Position numbers and translations under genes: made by a program
Notes under the pieces: generated by a model
Database searches by the model: none
The model's input: the letters and a program-made list of their open reading frames with translations, nothing else
Told to the model about the DNA's origin: nothing
NCBI GenBank assembly: GCA_002167555.2
Contig: NHDL02000002.1
Location: 86,072-131,243 of the forward strand
Direction: 5' to 3'
DNA from: Deltaproteobacteria bacterium TMED58
GTDB lineage: Bacteria; Desulfobacterota_D; UBA1144
DNA length: 45,172 bases
Part shown: in pieces, positions 42,823 to 45,172 of the stretch
Position numbering within the stretch: position 1 is the first letter of the stretch
Layout: each line of letters begins with the position of its first letter

Positions 42823-44115
42823 CTAAAAGTCGCAACCAAAAATTCTATCCAAAATTATTGCAACTGCACTCCTCACGGATAAATGATTATAATCATAATA
42901 ACTTCCGACTGGCTTAAGAATATAATCAGAATTATCTAAAACTTCTTTAGCTAAACCCCATCCAGTTCCAAATAAAAACAAATAAGGGGTATCATCCGTA
43001 GTTAATTTACGTTTGATGTCAGAATAATTAACCATATTATGCATAATTCTTCCATCAGTTGCAACTACTTTAGGTCTCATGCCATGAATCTTGGTGATTT
43101 TTTTAATAGTAGAATTTATGCTGTTATTTATCTCAACATTTCCTAAAGCACTATGTTTCGTTGAGCTATTCTTGGAGCTGGCACTCTCTCTCCAATAATC
43201 TAGAACATTTTGACCTAGTTTTCTTTGTTCTTTTATAGGGTGAGTAATAAAGTACTTTTTAATTCCATATGCCATACAGGATCTAGCTATGTCTTGAATA
43301 TCTAGATTTGTAAGAGAGGTTTTGATTATTTCTCCTTTAATATTTTGTATAGGGTAGTGGACTAATGCCAAGTATGAGTTTGATGAAATCGTATCCCTTT
43401 TAATTTTCTTTAGTGCCTTCCTTTCCTTAATTGTAAGCTCAGCATTTGATAATAAATCTTCTCTCATTTTTAAAGTTGCCATAAGAGATGATTCACGATT
43501 GAACTCTTTTATTTTTTTATGATCCCCAGATACTAGTATTTTTGGAACTTTTTTATTGGATATTTTTTCAGGTCTAGTGTAAACAGGATGTTTTAATAAT
43601 GAATTATTCAAGCTATCAGTTTTAACTGATTGTTCGTTTCCAACTACCCCTGGAATTAACCTTGATATAGAGTCCATTAAAATTACTCCTGGTATTTCGC
43701 CACCAGAAACAATGTAGTCCCCAATTGATACCTCGTAATCAGCATATTCGTCAATTATCCTTTGATCAAAGCCTTCGTACCTACCGCAAACAATTGATAT
43801 ATTATTCAGTTCTGATAATTTTTTAGCTAAATCATTATTAAGAGTCTGTCCTTTAGGGGTAAGGAAGATTATCTTTGTTCTTGGATTAAAATTCTTTATT
43901 GCTTTTATAGCTTTAGATGCATTTTGATATTTGATTACCATTCCTGGGTCTCCACCAAATTGTTTATCATCTAGTCTTTCAGATTCTTTTAAAAAATTTG
44001 AATAGGAGAATAGATTTACTTTTATCTTCTTATTTCTTATAGCTTTTGAAAGAATCCCATATTTAAGACTTGGCTTTATTATCTCATTAAAAACACTAAG
44101 AACATTAAAAATCAT
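42823..44115 (-). CDS. trmD: tRNA m1G37 methyltransferase TrmD fused to a second SPOUT (TM1570-like) methyltransferase
   Basis: [21 protein letters not shown]; then [32 protein letters not shown] in the same frame. Confidence 0.93.
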   Translation of the reverse strand: MIFNVLSVFNEIIKPSLKYGILSKAIRNKKIKVNLFSYSNFLKESERLDDKQFGGDPGMVIKYQNASKAIKAIKNFNPRTKIIFLTPKGQTLNNDLAKKLSELNNISIVCGRYEGFDQRIIDEYADYEVSIGDYIVSGGEIPGVILMDSISRLIPGVVGNEQSVKTDSLNNSLLKHPVYTRPEKISNKKVPKILVSGDHKKIKEFNRESSLMATLKMREDLLSNAELTIKERKALKKIKRDTISSNSYLALVHYPIQNIKGEIIKTSLTNLDIQDIARSCMAYGIKKYFITHPIKEQRKLGQNVLDYWRESASSKNSSTKHSALGNVEINNSINSTIKKITKIHGMRPKVVATDGRIMHNMVNYSDIKRKLTTDDTPYLFLFGTGWGLAKEVLDNSDYILKPVGSYYDYNHLSVRSAVAIILDRIFGCDF

Positions 44116-44375
44116 AAGCTTGAAATTTCCTCGATATTTTTTACAGTGATTGTTTCCCTTTCTTTATCAATACAGATTATAAACGCATTATTTATAGGTA
44201 TAAGATAACTTTTTTCTAAGTACTCCACTTCAAGTAGAGATGTAATGTTTGACCCTAAGACTCTTGAAACTTTTCCATATTCAATATTAGAATCTGAAAT
44301 AATATTAAAACCTACAAAATCGAGATTGGAATAATCCTGGATATTCAAATCAGAAAATTTACTTTCTTTTGCCAT
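44112..44375 (-). CDS. rimM: RimM, PRC-barrel domain only
   Basis: D.VG......YGKV, LLEV, LIP...FI..ID; sits between khpA and trmD; about 87 aa. Confidence 0.75.
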   Translation of the reverse strand: MAKESKFSDLNIQDYSNLDFVGFNIISDSNIEYGKVSRVLGSNITSLLEVEYLEKSYLIPINNAFIICIDKERETITVKNIEEISSL

Positions 44376-44405
44376 ATAAGTATTTACAATCAAACAGTCT
44401 ATAAT

Positions 44406-44648
44406 TTATTGCTCTACTATTTCTAAGACAGCTCTTCTTTTATCTTTTGCAGCAGCGGCACCTAAAAGAGTTCTCATAGCTTTAGCAGTTTTACCTTGCT
44501 TACCAATTATTTTACCTAAATCTTCTTGAGCAACCTTCAATTCATAAACTGTTGTTGTATCACCTGTTACTTCGTGAATTTCTACTTCCTCTGGTTTATC
44601 TACAAGAGAGCTAGCTATCGACTTGATTAATTCTGCAACTTTATTCAT
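44406..44648 (-). CDS. khpA: KH-domain RNA-binding protein
   Basis: LVDKPE, DLGKIIGKQGKTAKAMR. Confidence 0.95.
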   Translation of the reverse strand: MNKVAELIKSIASSLVDKPEEVEIHEVTGDTTTVYELKVAQEDLGKIIGKQGKTAKAMRTLLGAAAAKDKRRAVLEIVEQ

Positions 44649-44726
44649 TTTTAACCTCTATTCACGATTATACAATACTTAGAATAAATAAGCTTATTTT
44701 TTTTAATATTGCGTAGATTTGCACAA

Positions 44727-45172
44727 TTAGTCTTTATTTTCTGAAACATCCTTTTCAGCAGCAGGTTCTGCAGCTTTCTCTTCAACAGCAGCTTCAGGAG
44801 TAGCTTCAGCAGGTTCAGCAGCTTTCTCTTCAGCAACAGGTTCAGCAGCTTTCTCTTCAACAGCAGGTTCAGTAGCTTTCTCTTCAACAGCAGCTTCAGG
44901 AGCAGCTTCAGTAGATTCAGCAGCTTTCTTTGGTTTACGTTTTGGTTTATTTTTTACAAGCTCTGCATATTTCTCGGGATCCGTTAAATGTTGGACTCTG
45001 TTGCTTAACTGAGCTCCCTTTTTCACCCACTCATTAAGTTTATCCATATTTATTGAAACCTTTGCAGGTTCTTGTAATGGGTCATATGTGCCAAGTATTT
45101 CAAGGAATTTTCCGTCTCTTGGTGATCTAGAATTTGTAGCCACCACTCGGTAAAAAGGTCGTTTTTTTCTTC
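44727..45172 (-). CDS. rpsP: 30S ribosomal protein S16 with long acidic tail (5' truncated by window)
   Basis: Frame runs to the window edge: RKKRPFYRVVATNSRSPRDGKFLE.LG.YDP, W..KGAQ. Confidence 0.96.
   Translation of the reverse strand, partial: RKKRPFYRVVATNSRSPRDGKFLEILGTYDPLQEPAKVSINMDKLNEWVKKGAQLSNRVQHLTDPEKYAELVKNKPKRKPKKAAESTEAAPEAAVEEKATEPAVEEKAAEPVAEEKAAEPAEATPEAAVEEKAAEPAAEKDVSENKD
44755..44929 (-). repeat. Intragenic 27-bp (9 aa) repeats encoding the S16 tail
   Basis: agctttctcttca recurs near 44772, 44820, 44847 and 44874; the protein repeats EPAVEEKAA and PEAAVEEKA. Confidence 0.85.

Noticed and set aside
44651-44887. 78-aa ORF with LLKRKLLN repeats
   Set aside because: Alternate-frame reading of the rpsP tail repeats; no independent start signal.

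Overview
AT-rich, very compact bacterial chromosome segment made almost entirely of core genes, with many overlapping or abutting genes. I found no tRNA, rRNA, CRISPR array, IS element or prophage. Contents: nrdAB under tandem NrdR boxes, pyrE, an RND/MFP pair, HU, coaBC, ilvD, Mn-type SOD, speB, ispDF, a PIN/TRAM gene, purB, dsbA, gshA, a ClC, a CPA2 antiporter, atpF'FHAGDC, ino1, rplM-rpsI, rrf2-sufBCD, a histone H1-like gene, rho, yebC, an Hjc-like nuclease, argS, a PIP-synthase-like gene, and rpsP-khpA-rimM-trmD-rplS. The gene content and compactness suggest a streamlined deltaproteobacteria-related lineage, possibly marine Ca. Dadabacteria (inference only). Most notable: (1) a Chlamydia-type class Ic (Mn/Fe, no tyrosyl radical) ribonucleotide reductase with a structured leader that can fold two ways; (2) an archaeal/phage-type Hjc-like nuclease where ruvC usually follows yebC; (3) a candidate inositol-phospholipid pathway; (4) a TrmD-SPOUT fusion beside a half-length RimM; (5) a basic H1/Hc2-like repeat protein; (6) an unassigned nitroreductase-fold protein; (7) a ClC with an aberrant filter motif. 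All calls come from reading motifs by eye; no searches were run.
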